Part shown: positions 45,001 to 60,702 of the stretch, in pieces | How positions within the stretch are numbered: the stretch's first letter is position 1 | How the letters are laid out: each line of letters begins with the position of its first letter | Source: the human T2T-CHM13v2.0 reference genome, Homo sapiens | NCBI RefSeq assembly: GCF_009914755.1 | Contig: NC_060929.1 | Direction: 5' to 3' (one strand) | DNA length: 64,000 nt | Notes under the pieces: generated by a model | Seen by the model: the letters and a program-made list of their open reading frames with translations, nothing else | What the model was told of the DNA's origin: nothing | Database searches by the model: none | Position numbers and translations under genes: made by a program

Positions 45001-47696
45001 ATCTATCTATCTATATATATACTAGTGAGATACCTATAGATATCACTACTCTGCTGCCGGGACCCTGAATTTTTAAGATATTATTTTATTTAATTCACAC
45101 AAACAGTAAAGTTGGTATTGTCTTTATTTATTTCAAATGTATTTATTTTATATTGACAGATGAAATTGTACGTATTTATCATATGCACCATGGAGTGTAT
45201 ACACCTTGTGGAATCATTAAACATAGCTAATTAAAATGAGCATTACCTCACATAGTTATTATTTTCGTTGAGAAGATATGACATCCACTCTCTTAGCATT
45301 TTTTAAGTATATAATATATTGTCAACAACTATAGTAAATATGCTATACAATAGATCTCTTAAGCTTATTCCTTCCATCTAACTGTAATTTTATATCCCAT
45401 GACCAATATCTCCTCAACACTTTACCACCCCTATCACCCCAGACTCTGGTAATAACCATTCTACTATCTACCTCTATGAGATTAACATTTTAAAATTCAA
45501 CATATAAATGATAGAATGCCACATTTATCTTTCTGTGTTTTGCAATTTTATTTAACGTAATGTCCTGGGATTCATCCATTTTGTCACAAAAGTCAAAATT
45601 TTATTTTATTTTATTTATTTATTTTTTTACTGTTGAAGAACATTCCATAGAGTGTATATACCACATTTTCTTTAACAGTTCCTTTGTTGATAGATATTAA
45701 GTTGCTTCCATATCTTAGCTATTCTGAATAATGCTGCAATAAACATGAAAATGTAGGTATCTTTTTGACATGTTGATTTTTATTTTGTTTGCATGTAAAC
45801 TCAGCAGTGGGATTGCTGAATAATACAATAGTTCTATTTTTAATTTTTTGAGGAAACTTTATACAGTTTCCATAATCACCGTACAAATTTACATTCCCAC
45901 CAACATTGTACAAGGAAGGGTTCCTTCTTCTACCGTCATCAACACTTATTTATTGTCTTTCTGATATTAGCCATTCTAATATGTGTGAGGTGATACCTCA
46001 TAGTGGTTTTGATTTTTCATATCCTTGATGATTAGTAATGTTGAATGTTTTTTATATACCTGTTGGCTATTTGCATGCCTTCTGAAAAATGTCTATTCAG
46101 ACCTTTTTCCCATTTTTTAAAATCAGGTTGCTTTTTCACTATTGACTTGTGTTTCTTCTATATTTTGGATATTAACCCCTTATCAAACCTATGGCTTGAA
46201 AATAATTTCTCCCATTCTGTAGGTTGTTTATTAATTCTGTTGATTGTTTCCTTTGCTGTACAAAAGTTTTTTAGTTTAATGTAATCCCATTTACCTATTT
46301 TTGCTTTTGTTGTCTCTGTTTGATATAAAAAAACATTGCCCTGATCAATGTTAGATCTCTTGATCAATGTTAAATCTCAGCTCTGAAACTATGAAACCTC
46401 TAGAATGAAACATAGTATTTCCCTCATGTTTCATTCTAGAGGTTTCATAATTTCAGGGCTGAGATTTAAATCTTTAATCCATTTTGAGTTGATGTTTGTA
46501 TATGATGAGATATAAAGGCCTATTTTCATTCTTCTGCATATGGATATCCAGTGTTCCCAGAACCATTTATTGGAAAAACTGTCCTTTCCCCATTGTGTAT
46601 TTTTGGCACCTTGTTGAAAATACATTGGCTATAAATACATGGAGTTATTTCTGGTCTCTGTGGTCTGTTCCATGGGTCAATGTGTCTGTTTTTATGTAAG
46701 TACCATGCAGTTTTGGTTAATATAGCTTTTAATATATTATGAAGTCTGGTAGTGCGATGGCTTCAGCTTCATCCCTTTTGCTCAAGATCATTTTGGTTAT
46801 TAGGAAACTTTTATGCTTTCACACAAAGGTTATTTTCTTCTGCTTCTATGAACAATATCACTGATATTTTGATAAGGATTATATTGAATCTACAGATAAT
46901 TTGGAGTAATATGGATAGCTGAAAACCACTATCCATGAACACAAGGTATCTTTTTATTTATTTGTATGTTCTTCAATCTCTTTCATCAATGTTTTCATAA
47001 TGTTCAGACAGATATCTGAAAGTAGATCATCTTTTATATCCTTGGATAAATATATTTCTAAATATTTTATCCATGTTGAGATTATAATAAATGGGACTGT
47101 CATCTAGATTTCTTTTTCACATAGTTCACTGTTAGTTTATAGAAATACTATTGATTTTTGTATGTTGATTTTGTAGCCTGAAACTTTACTGAACATGAAA
47201 ACTAGTTCCAATAGTATTTTTTGGTAGAGTCTCTAGGTTTTCTCTATATAAAATCACATTTTTGGCAACCAGGGACAATTAAAATTTTTCCTTTCCAATA
47301 TGGATGCCTTTTATTTATTTCTCTTGCCTAATTGTTCTGGCTAGGACCTTTATAGTACATTGAATAGAAGTGGTGAGAGTGGAGATCCTTGTCATTTTCC
47401 AGATCTTAGTGGAAAAGATTTCAATTTTTCCCCATTGAGTATGATGTTAGCACAGGGTTTGCTATACATAGCCTTTATTGTCTTGAGGTACAATTCTTGT
47501 ATACCTACTTGGTTGAAAGCTTTTTTTAATTTTGAAAGAATGTTGAATTTTGTCAATTTTTTTCTGCATCTATTAAAATGATCATATGATTTTGTTCCTC
47601 ATTCTATTAATATGGTGTATCACATTTACTAATTTGTATAGGTCAAATGATTCCTGAATCACAAGGATGAACCTCACTTGATCATGGTGAATGTTC

Positions 47697-49753
<2,057 letters not shown>

Positions 49754-50542
49754 TAGTTATATTTTTGATGTGTTGTTAATTTCTGTTTGCTGATATAAGG
49801 AGTTTTGCTTCCATATTCATTAGGGATATTGGCCTGTAATGGTTATTTTGTTGTTGTTGTTGTTTTTCTGGTTTGTTTCATTTTATTTTGTTTTGTAGTG
49901 TCATTGACATTGTTTACCAGGGTAATGCTGACCTTATAAAATGAGTTTGGAAGTATTTTCTTATCTTTAAAATTATGAAATAATTTGAAAAGAATGATTT
50001 TAGTTGTCTCTTAAATATTTCATAGAATTCAGACATGAATCCATCTCATTGTGGATTTTTCTTTGATGAGATAATTTTTATTACTGATTAAGTGCTATTA
50101 TTGTTCTGTTCAGATTCCTTACTGCTTTGTAATTCAATCTTGGTACATTATGTGTTAACAAAATCATCAATTTCTTCTAGATTATTCAATTTGCTGGTGT
50201 TTAATTGTTCATCATATTCTCTTTGGTTCTTTCATGCTGCTGAGGTATTAGATGAAAAAGTCTTCTTTTTATTTCTGATTTTACCTATATGAGTCTTCCC
50301 TCTTTTTGTCTTAGTATAGCTAAAAGTTTGTCAATTTTGTCTTTTCAAAACACCATCTCTTTGTTTCCTTGATTTTTTTTCATCATTATTTTAGTCTCCA
50401 ATTGCATTCATTTCTGCTCTGATCTTTATTACTTTATTACTTCTAATAATTTGGCATTTAGTTTGTTCTTATTTTTTCTAGTTCCTTGAGGAACACCATT
50501 ACATTGTTTATACAATTTTTTTCTTTTATGATGTAGGCATTT

Positions 50543-50970
50543 TGTCTTTGTCATTTCCCATTAATTATAACAGGATACTAGAAACTGGATAATTTATAAA
50601 GAAAATGATTTTTTTCTCACATTTCAGGAAGTTAGAAAGTCCCAGGTCAAAAGGGTAGATCTGGTGAAGGCCTTTTTTTCTAGTGAATACTATCTGCAGA
50701 GTCCAGAGGTGATGTAGGGCATCACAGTGAGAGGGGTGAGCATGCTAGCTCAGGTGTCTCTTCCTCTTATAAAGTCACCAATTCCACTTTCATGATAAAC
50801 CATTAATTCATTAACCCATCAGTACATTAATCTATAAATAGATTAATCCATTCCTGAGGGAAGAACACTTAGGACTCAATCACTTCGTAAAGAATCCTTC
50901 ACAATGTTGCCACATTGGGGACAACATTTAGGCATGAGTTTTGAAGGGACCAAATATTCAAAGCATAGAA
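50543..50970 (-). mobile_element. MST-type (MSTB1/MSTC-like) solo LTR inside the L1MA
   Basis: 5-bp TSD cattt at 50538-50542 and 50971-50975; ends aatattcaaagcatagaa. Confidence 0.85.
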
Positions 50971-53900
50971 CATTTATTGCTATAAATTTCTCTTTTAACT
51001 GTTTCTGTTGCATCCCATGAGTTTTGGTGTGCTGTTTTTTATACTTTCATTTGGCATAAGATATTTTTAAATTTAACTTTTAACTTCTTCATTGGCCTGG
51101 TTGTTCAGGATTGTTTGATTTCCATGCATTTGAAAGTTTCCAGAAGTTTCTTTAGCTATATTAGTTTCTAGTTTTATACTTGGTAATATTTCAATTGGCT
51201 ATTACAAATAGTGCTGCAATAAACATGGAAGTACAGGTATCTCTTTGATGTACTGGTTTCCTTTCTTTGGGATATACTCAGCAGTAAGACTGCTTGTAAG
51301 CAAGCTCGGTAAAATTTCAACCTTCTTGAATTCATTAAGACTTGTTTTGTGATGTAACATATGATCTATCCTAGAGAATGTTCATGTGTACTTGAGAAGA
51401 ATTTGTATTCTGCAGTTGTTGGATAGCATGTTCTGTATATGTCTGTTAGGTGCATTTGGTTTACAGTGTGTTTCAAGTTTGATGTTTTCTGATGGATTTT
51501 CTGTCTGGATGATCTATTCATATATGTTGGGTACATATATATTTACTATTGTATATTATTTTGCTGAATTTGCCACTTTATTATTATATGATGACTTTGT
51601 TTCTTTTGCAGTTTTCAATTTAATATCTATTTTATCTTACATAAGCGTAGCTACTGTCTCTCTCTTTTGGTTACAATTTACATAGAATATCTTTTATAAT
51701 CCTTTCACTTTCAATCTGTGTGTGTTCTTGTCCTTAAAGTTGAAGTGAGTCGCTTGTAGATATTACAGAGTTGAATATTTTTTCATTCCATTCAGCCACT
51801 ATAAGTTTTTTGATTAGAGAATTTAATCCATTTATATTCAGAATAATTATTGATAGGTACAGGTTTACTACCGCCATTTTATTATTATCTAGTTGTTTTG
51901 TAAATCCTTTGTTCCTTTCTTCCTTTCTTACTAAATTCCTTTGTAATTACATGATTTTCTCTAGTGTTATGTTTGGATTTTTTGCTTTTTATTTTTGTGT
52001 ATCTACTATAGATTTTTACATTGTGGTTACCATAAGGTTTACAAAAAAAATCTTTTAGTTGTAATAGGTTATTCTAAGCTGATGACAACTTAACTTTGAT
52101 CCCACATGCAAAGAACAACTCTACACTTTTACTTCACTCTGTCCCCCAAATTTTGAATTTCTGATGTCAAAATTTACATATTTTTATAATGCATCCTTCC
52201 TGACACATTATTGTAGCTAAAATTATTGGTAATACTTTTGTCTTTAAAACTTTCATACTACAGATATGATTTACATACCACCATGACAGTATTAGAGTAT
52301 TCTGAATTTTAGTATGTACTTACTTTTACTAGTGAGTTTTACATTTCATTAGCACTCTTTTCATAGCATGAAAAAGAATCTTTTAAGCATTTCTTTTAAG
52401 TCATATCTGATGGTGATGAACTCTCTCAGCTTTTGTTTGTTTGGGAAAGTATTTTTTATCTCTCCTTTATTTCTGAAAGATAGTTTTGCTGAATTTAGGA
52501 TTCTCGGTTGGCAGTTTTGTTTTTGTTTTTGTTTTTTCCTCAGCACTTTGAATATTTCATCTTATTCTCTCCTAGCCTGTATGCGTTTCTCTTATTCTCT
52601 CCTAGCCTGTATGCATTCTGCTGAGAAGTCTGCCTTTAGGTCTATTCGAACTCCCTTACGTGTTATTTGCTTTTTGCTTGCTGCTTTCAGTACCCTTTCA
52701 CTGTTTTTGATCATTGACAATTTGATTATAATGTGTCTTTAGGTAGCCTTATTAGAGACCTTTGGCCTTACTGTACTTGGATAATTATATTTTTCTCCGT
52801 GTTGGGAAATTTTTCTGCTATTATGTTTTTAAACTTTCTGGTCCTTTGTTTTTCTTGATGACTTTGACTTAAATATTTGAATTCTTGATGGTACTATAAG
52901 TTTCATAAGTTTTTTACATTCCTTTTTATTATTTTTCTTATCAAACTGTATACATTCAAATAGCCTGTCTTGAAGTTCACAGATCTTTTCTTCTACCTGA
53001 TCAATTCTGCCACTGATGTTCTCTATTGCATTTTTCATTTTGTTCATTTTATGTTTATGCTCTGAGATTTCTGTTTAATTTTATTATTATTTTAATCTCT
53101 ATTAAATTATTTTTCTGGTAATATATTGTTCTCTATTTATTAAGTTGTTTTTCTATATTTTCTTGAATTTCACTGAGCTTTCTTTTAAAAATTATTTTGA
53201 ATTTCTTTTCAAACAGTTCATAAATCCCTATGTCTTAGGTTTATCGACTGGCATCTGCATTTTTCTGTTTGGTAATCATGTTTCTGTGATTTGTTTTTGA
53301 TCCGTGTGATCATGCATTGATGTCTGCACATTTGAGGAAGTCAGTAGTCATTCCAGTCCTCAAAGGCTGTCTTTGTATGGAAATGCCCTTCAACAGTAAG
53401 ACTATTCAGAGATTTGAACAGGTTGTCTGGCATGGTCCCTGAGCCCAGGACTACTATTGCTGTTGTGGCAATGGGTAGTGCCCTAAGCCGGGGACTGTTA
53501 CAGCCAGCATTTTTCTGGGCTGGAATCCTTTGGCTACTGAGGCTAGCATAGAGTTTAGACATTTTCAAAGCTCACAGTCACTGAGGCCTGTCTGCTGCTA
53601 AACCCAGGGCCACTGTAGTTGCCTGTTGGTGATGCAAGCCAGAAGTCTAGTTTGCCTCATAGGAGATAGAATTTTCTCCCTGGAACTGAGGCAAATCTGA
53701 ACATTCAGTCTGTGGGTAGTGGCCTGGAGTCACAGGCCTTGGGAGTCTCCTGGTCTGGGTTTTACGGTATTGGGCCTGATGCTAGGATCCAAGACAAAGT
53801 CTATGCTCACTTTCCTCTCTTTCCTCTAATTAGACAGTATTTTTCTCTATGCTATGCCACCTGACATTGAGGGAGGGGTGGCATGGGTAATGTAAAACTG

Positions 53901-54229
53901 TCATTTCTATCCTCTTCAATGTGCCTTATCTTATTATTGTGCTACAATCAAGTACTGTGAACTCTCACTTGGTTTTCTCAGCTCTTGTGAAAATACTTTC
54001 ATGTGTGGATGGTTATTCAAATTATTGTTTCTGCAGAAGGACAGTTACTATAGTCCTAGTATGTCATCATGCTCCAACATTTTCAAGTATTATCATTAAT
54101 TTACAGACTTTGTTTGCTGTTATGAAGAATAAATTGCAGGCACTTGATCCAGTCCTCTTGTCTTAGTTAATGGTTGTTCACAAAACATCATATTTTAAAA
54201 TACATGTGTATTATTAAAATCAATTGTTT

Positions 54230-54548
54230 GGCCAGGCGCTGTGGCTCACGCCTGTAATCCTGGCATTTTAGGAGACTAAGGCAGATGGATCATGAGGACA
54301 GGTGTTCAAGACCAGCCTGGTCAACGTGGTGAAACCCTGTCTGTACTAAAAATACAAAAGTTAGACAGCGCGGTGGCAGGTGCCTGTAATCCCAGCTACT
54401 TGGGGAGCTGACACAGGAGAATCGCTTGAACCCAGAGGGCAGATGTTGCAGTGAGCCGAGATCACACCACTGCTCTCCAGCCTGGGTGAGAGAGTGAGAC
54501 TTTCTCACAAAACAAAACAAAACAAAACAAAACAAAACAAACAAAAAA
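54230..54548 (+). mobile_element. AluS (Sg/Sc-like) with an (AAAAC)n tail
   Basis: Dimer with the ggatcatgagg deletion variant; pentanucleotide tail at 54508-54545. Confidence 0.93.
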
Positions 54549-55613
54549 TGTTTTCTAGTATTGGTAACTTTGAAATGATCAAAGTGAATGATTTTAAAAT
54601 ATTGAATTTGTTTTCATCTGATACAATATTATACAGTGTTACAAATATTAAATAATCCGCATGTTGTAAACACTTTTGTGGGATTTTTACATGTCACAGA
54701 GTACCTGCAAACATAAATTTGCCTTTATAAAATTAAATAACATTTTGAAAGGCTAATGCTTATATGTACATTTTTTTTCACCTAGGAGTTTAGCATAGGT
54801 AATAGCTTCTTTTAAAGCTAAGGCAAAAGTCTAGGAAAATAAGGTAGCACAGTTTTTCAACCTAGAATTTTCAATTTAAAACATATTTTGGAGATAAGTT
54901 GAGAAGGCTGAGATTTTTCAAACTACGGGTCAAGAATAGGATTCAACTCATGCTATAGAATTATTCCCTTTAAAACATTAGTAAAGCAATTTAAGAGAAG
55001 GTAGGCAGTGCTGGGAAGATAGATGTTATGCCTATGCACTCATATCATAAATTGTGACTAAAAGAAAAATATTTTGTGAGCTATTTGAAGAAGTCTTGAG
55101 TAGAGGGTGGCAGCCACTTTGGGCTACACCTTCTAACTGCAGACACTTTTATGGAGCTCATTTTACAGTGGTACAAGTACAAAGGTGGGGGTTGTGAATT
55201 CATATCCTGACTGCTGTCCTGAAATACACACACCTGTGGACTGCTTACCTCCCCAACCCCACCCCCACCTGCACCCCTGCCATATCATTATGTGTCTTTG
55301 GCTGCACTTGCTTTAGCATAAATCCTAGAAATCAAAGATGGGAGTCATGACTTAGCATTATAGAATAACATGTATTACTCCAGGTTGTAGCATCAAATTG
55401 CATCAGCTGAATTCTACTCTCACCACCTTTAAATTGGAAACTATGAACAACCTATTTTTTCTAAACAAACTTAAATTGTTTAATCTATAAAATAATTATT
55501 ATAATAAGTTGTGAAATGTAAATGTGTGAGGTATAAATGAAATAAACTAAAAAAAGTGTTTAGAAGAACATGATACCCAACAAGTGGAAAATAAATGTCA
55601 CACTTTGTTGTAA

Positions 55614-57339
55614 TTATTTTTATTACTTTTTTATTGATACAAAAAATGTACACATTTATGGGGTGCATTTGTTTTTTGATATATGCATGCAATGTGCAAT
55701 GATCACATTAGGGTGCTTAAGATATTCACCAACTCGAGCATTTCTTATTACTTTGTATTGGGAACATTTAAAATCTTCTAGGTATTAACTATATTCATCC
55801 TACTGTGCTATCGAGCACTAGAGTTTATTCCTTCTATCTAACTGTAAGTTTGTATCCATTAACCAAACTGTCTACATTCCTACCCCTTCTCAGTCTCTAG
55901 TAAGTATCATATTATTGTCTGTCTTCATGATCTTCATGAGATCAACATTTTTAATCTCCTACATATGAGTGAAGGATGTGACAACTGTCTTTCTCTGCCA
56001 GACTTATTTTGCTTAACATAATGGTCTCTAGTTCCATCCACATTACTGAAAATGATAGGATTTTATTTGATGACTGAATAGTATACTATTGTGTATATAT
56101 ACATAACATTTTCTTTATCCATTTATTTGTTGATGAACATTTAGGTTGATTCCATATCTTGGCTATTGTGAATAGTGTTGCAATGAATATAGGGATGCAG
56201 GTATCCCTCTGGAATACTGATTCCCTTTTCTTTAGATAGCCAGTATTGGGACTGCTAGCATGTATGGTATTTCTATTTTCAGTTTTTTGAGAAACTTACA
56301 TACTGTCTTTCACGAGAGCTATACTAGATTTTTCAATTTCAATTTCAATGTGTTATTGTATACTTGTGCATAATAGTCTCTAATGAGTCTGTATTTCTCC
56401 CATTATATAGGCTGTCTCTTCACTCTGTGGATTTGTTTTTCCTGTGCAGATACATTTTCATTTCAGTCACATTTGTCTACTTTTGTTTCTGTTATCTGTA
56501 CTTTTCAACTCTTACCCATAAAATCTTTGCTTAGACCAATGTTTTGAAGTGTTTCCCCTAGGCTTTTTTCTAATAGTTTTATAGTTTCAGGGTTTATATT
56601 TAAGTCTTTAATCCATTTCAATTTTATTTTTGTACATGATGAGATATAGGGGTTTAGTTTCATTTCTCTGCATATGGATATCCAGTTATCTTCACCATTT
56701 ATTAAAGAGACTTGCTTTTCCTACTGTTTGTTCTTGGTGACTCTGTTGAAAATGAGTTGTTAATGCATGTATTTTTGTTTGGGCTCTCTACTCTGTTTTA
56801 TTGGTCTATATTTTTGTTTTTATGCCAATACTGCACTAATTGGGTTAACATATAGCTTTGTAATATATTTTGAAATCTGGTTGTGTGATGCCTCCAGCTT
56901 TATTATTTTGGCTGAGTATTGCTTTGGCTATTCTGTGTCTATTGTGGTTCAGAAAAAAATTTTAGTTTTTTTTTGCATTGGTATATTGTTGGAGATTTCA
57001 TTGAATCTATAGACTGCTTTGGGTAGTACAGTCATTTTTAACAATATGAATTATACTAACCCATGATCTTGGATGTCTTTTTATTATTTGTGCCCTCTTC
57101 AATTTCTTTCTTCATTGTTTTGTAGTTTTTCTTGTCAAGGTCTTTCACTTTCTTGGTTAAATTTATTCCTAGTTATTTTTTCTTTCTTTCTTTTTCCTTT
57201 TTTTTGAAATGGGAGAATACATTTATAAACTATTTATCTGACAAAGCACTAATATCCAGAATATAAAACAAACTCAGTGACTTAAGAGAAACAAAGAAAC
57301 AGATATCCAATTAAAAAGCGGGTAAGTAATCTCTATAGA
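55614..57339 (-). mobile_element. Rearranged L1MA (L1MA3/4-like), mostly antisense, with a sense block at 57208-57339
   Basis: 3' end tttattgatacaaaaaatgtacacatttatgggg; ORF2 segments are out of order. Confidence 0.8.
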
Positions 57340-59900
57340 TAATATAATGGTGTTTGTTTTTAGTTCTCCTTTTACTACATGTCAATCTTATATGTAATAC
57401 AAATTTAATAGAACCATATTGAACACTGGAACTCTGATTAATATAATCAAGATGTGTCCACTAGGTTAGACATAATTCTCAAAGAGGATGCAATTTGTTT
57501 TAACTATAACTTAGGAAGAATAACAAAATGATTTGCTGAGATTGACTAAATCTGTTTCCTGAACTGAGAACTAGGTTAATTTCATTACACTCTTCACTGT
57601 ATTTGGGCATATTTGTACACTACAAACTTGAAAATCTATGGAGTGAGATTCTGAACTTTAGTTTATTCTTGATAACTCATTAATGAAAATATTACAGTAA
57701 AAGTGTTTCTTTTAATATAAATTATTGGTTCTAATCATCTCTTTCTCTGAAGAATCCTAATATGAGATCTGTGTATCATGAATATACAAATAGAACATAA
57801 AGAAGAATTTTTGAGAACTATTAGCATAGTATGTCTTTGAAATAAGGTTTCAAGCAAAATAAACGTTGGTTATTAAAAATATTCACTTTTCATCTAATTG
57901 ATACTCATTTATTATCTTCCTTTTTGACAAACTTAATGTTATATTTTCTATGCATTTCATTTAAAAAATAAAGTGGCCACTTAATTAGGAAGAGAAAAAT
58001 AATGTCACTTAAATACATTACACTAATCGCTAAAATTCTCTTGTAACAGAATAAACTCTCTAAAATCTACTGTGGATGGCACATTAGCAGACATGAGTTC
58101 TCTGATTAATTAAGTCCATTAGAAAAAGGAAATTACTCAATTGTTCATTCAATTGAGTGTGAAGAACATTCTATATAGTTCATACAGGTAAAACACAGGT
58201 TTTTATTCTGTACTGTAACACAGAGCTGCTGTAGATTGATCTTAGCACATTATAACCTGTAAAAGGGATTATCCAGGAAACATTTTAAGTAAAACAAAGA
58301 TGTGACAAATATAGAGCTATGTTGTATGGGTGCATTATATACAGAACTATAACTAAAATTACAGAAAATTTACTTATATATGTATGTATTTATACATTAA
58401 TTGAAATAAATATAGCTAGTATAATTTTAAATGTGTATATTCATTACTACACTACTAGCTATGTTTATTTTAATAAAGATATACGTGTGTGTCTTCATTG
58501 TAATCTGGGCAGTTTATTATAATTATGTCAAGCACATCATTAAGCAATGAAAACAGATAGACATAGTGATTTGATCATGATATTATACCAATCAGAGGTA
58601 AAGTTGGAACACAAATTCCAGCTTCTTACTCTAAATTCTGTGTTATTCTGTCATGGAATGTTGTCTGTGTAATAGAATCAAAGACCTTGAAGGGGTCCTT
58701 TGAGATCACCTGAGTTAGACTTGTATCTCCCTGCAAATCTAGTTATTCATAACTGACGGTTTCAAGAAAATATCAATGACCTTTATGCTTCTTCTCCCAA
58801 TGAAAATATCCTTTTCTTTAGCACCAATTCATGTATTTATCTATAGCTCCCAGTGGCAAAAAAGAACAGTAAAGGAAAAAGAGAGAGAGAGAAGAAGGGT
58901 TAGAGATAGTAAACATTCCTAAGCATATATTCCCTGACCAACTTTATTTCCTTTATTAATTTCCCTGAGTCTAAATATTTTAAAGAAGAGTCAAGTGTTA
59001 AAAATATTATTATATTGTTTTCTGGTCAGTGAACATAATTGTTTCTAATTTTAAAATTATTAATTTTAGAGGCATTTTTATCAAGTTTAGTTAAATATGA
59101 TCTTTAGTTTGTAGCTTGTATTCTTTAGTTGATTGAGTCTTGTTATACTTTTCTCATTCTTAGTGAGCATTATACTTTTTCATAAAGTCATCAATTATAT
59201 TTTCTTTGACAAACTACACACTGTTTTGTGGGATAATATTTTCCTCTACCTGGCCTTCTGGAGTTTTCTGTATATTTATTTAGGCAGTGCAACAATAAAA
59301 GAGAAATACGCTTCAGGAAAATTTGTAATTTGGGGACACTACTCAATTTCTGTCCATTTAGATCTGAAAAGTATTGGTAAGATAATCTAAGTGATTTTTT
59401 TAACTATCTAATATATTAAGACTTCTATTTCATTGGTATTTTTACCAAAGGTAACCGAACATAAAAACATAAGATTTTGCTGAAATTTCAAATATATTTT
59501 CTTCCTTGTTTTTTAAAGAGTTGGTAATGAGAGTTTTTCAGAGATTTATCTTTTATATCTTCACATAAAATTTTCAGATCCTGACAATTACATTTTGTGT
59601 GGATGACTGAATTTTGTCCTCCTACTAATAACTAATTAAGAAGGAAAACTATTCAATTAAAATAGAGATATCTGACCGTCATCAGCTTAACCACATGAGT
59701 GAAATTGGTTTTACTAGCAACAAAGCAACTTTGCACTCTTCACCCCCCGTTATGATACAAAATAAAGTATACACAATCATGTATAATTTATTTTATAAAA
59801 TAAGTTTAACCCTATATCGAACTTCTAGATTACAGAAAATAGAAAGGATGGGGGAACAAAGCAGACTATGCAAGAATAAAATGCTATGACAACACTAAAA

Positions 59901-60088
59901 AGGGGAACATCACACTCTGGGGACTGTTGTGGGGTGGGGGGAGGGGGGAGGGATAGCTTTAGGAGATATACCTAATGCTAAATGACCAGTTAATGGGTGC
60001 AGCACACCAGCATGGCACATGTATACATATGTAACTAACCTGCACATTGTGCACATGTACCCTAAAACTTAAAGTATAATAAAAAAAA
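59901..60088 (+). mobile_element. Short young L1PA (L1PA2-4) 3' UTR fragment, within older L1ME-like sequence
   Basis: ggggaacatcacactctggggactg...ccctaaaacttaaagtataataaaaaaaa. Confidence 0.93.
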
Positions 60089-60262
60089 GCGTACATTTTG
60101 TATAACTGGCTTGGCTGCTTTACCAAGTTATGTTTTGACTTTATAGTTCCCATAGGAAAATGCTGGCCCCATCCTTCAGGAAATACAAATATCAACAATG
60201 GAACATAAAGCATCACATATTCTGTCTGCCTACAACATAGCTAAAGCACAGAGACTATCACA

Positions 60263-60265
<3 letters not shown>

Positions 60266-60302
<37 letters not shown>

Positions 60303-60328
60303 CACACACACACACAGACACACATATA
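60266..60328. repeat. (TA)n(CA)n compound microsatellite
   Basis: Directly visible. Confidence 0.95.
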
Positions 60329-60377
60329 GTCAGTGAGAAAAGAAATAGCAGAGTAAGTCACTAAAACTAGTCTTCTA

Positions 60378-60702
60378 ACAAAATTGTGTCCTTTGCAGCA
60401 ATGTGGATGCAGCTGGAGGCCGTTATCCTAAGCAAATTAACACAGGAACAGAAAACCAAATACCACATGTTCTCACTTACAAGTGAGAGCTAAACACTAG
60501 GTACTCATGGATTTAAAGATGGCAACAATAGAAACTGAGGACTACTAGGGAGGGGGGAAAGGATTGAAAACCTATTGGGCACTACGCTCAATACTTGGGT
60601 GACAGGATCATACCACAAATCTAAGCATTATGAAATATACCCGGGTAACAAACATGCACTTGTACCCCCTGAATATAAAATAAAAGTTGAAAAAAATAAA
60701 AA
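60378..60702 (+). mobile_element. L1PB-like 3' end
   Basis: tcctttgcagcaatgtggatgcagctggaggcc...aaaataaaagttgaaa; TSD taaaactagtctt / taaaaccagtctt. Confidence 0.85.

Noticed and set aside
52560-52614. 30-bp-period duplication in L1 ORF1, and similar ones at 30913-31016, 32760-32830 and 7040-7090
   Set aside because: These are ordinary slippage duplications in neutral repeat or AT-rich DNA.
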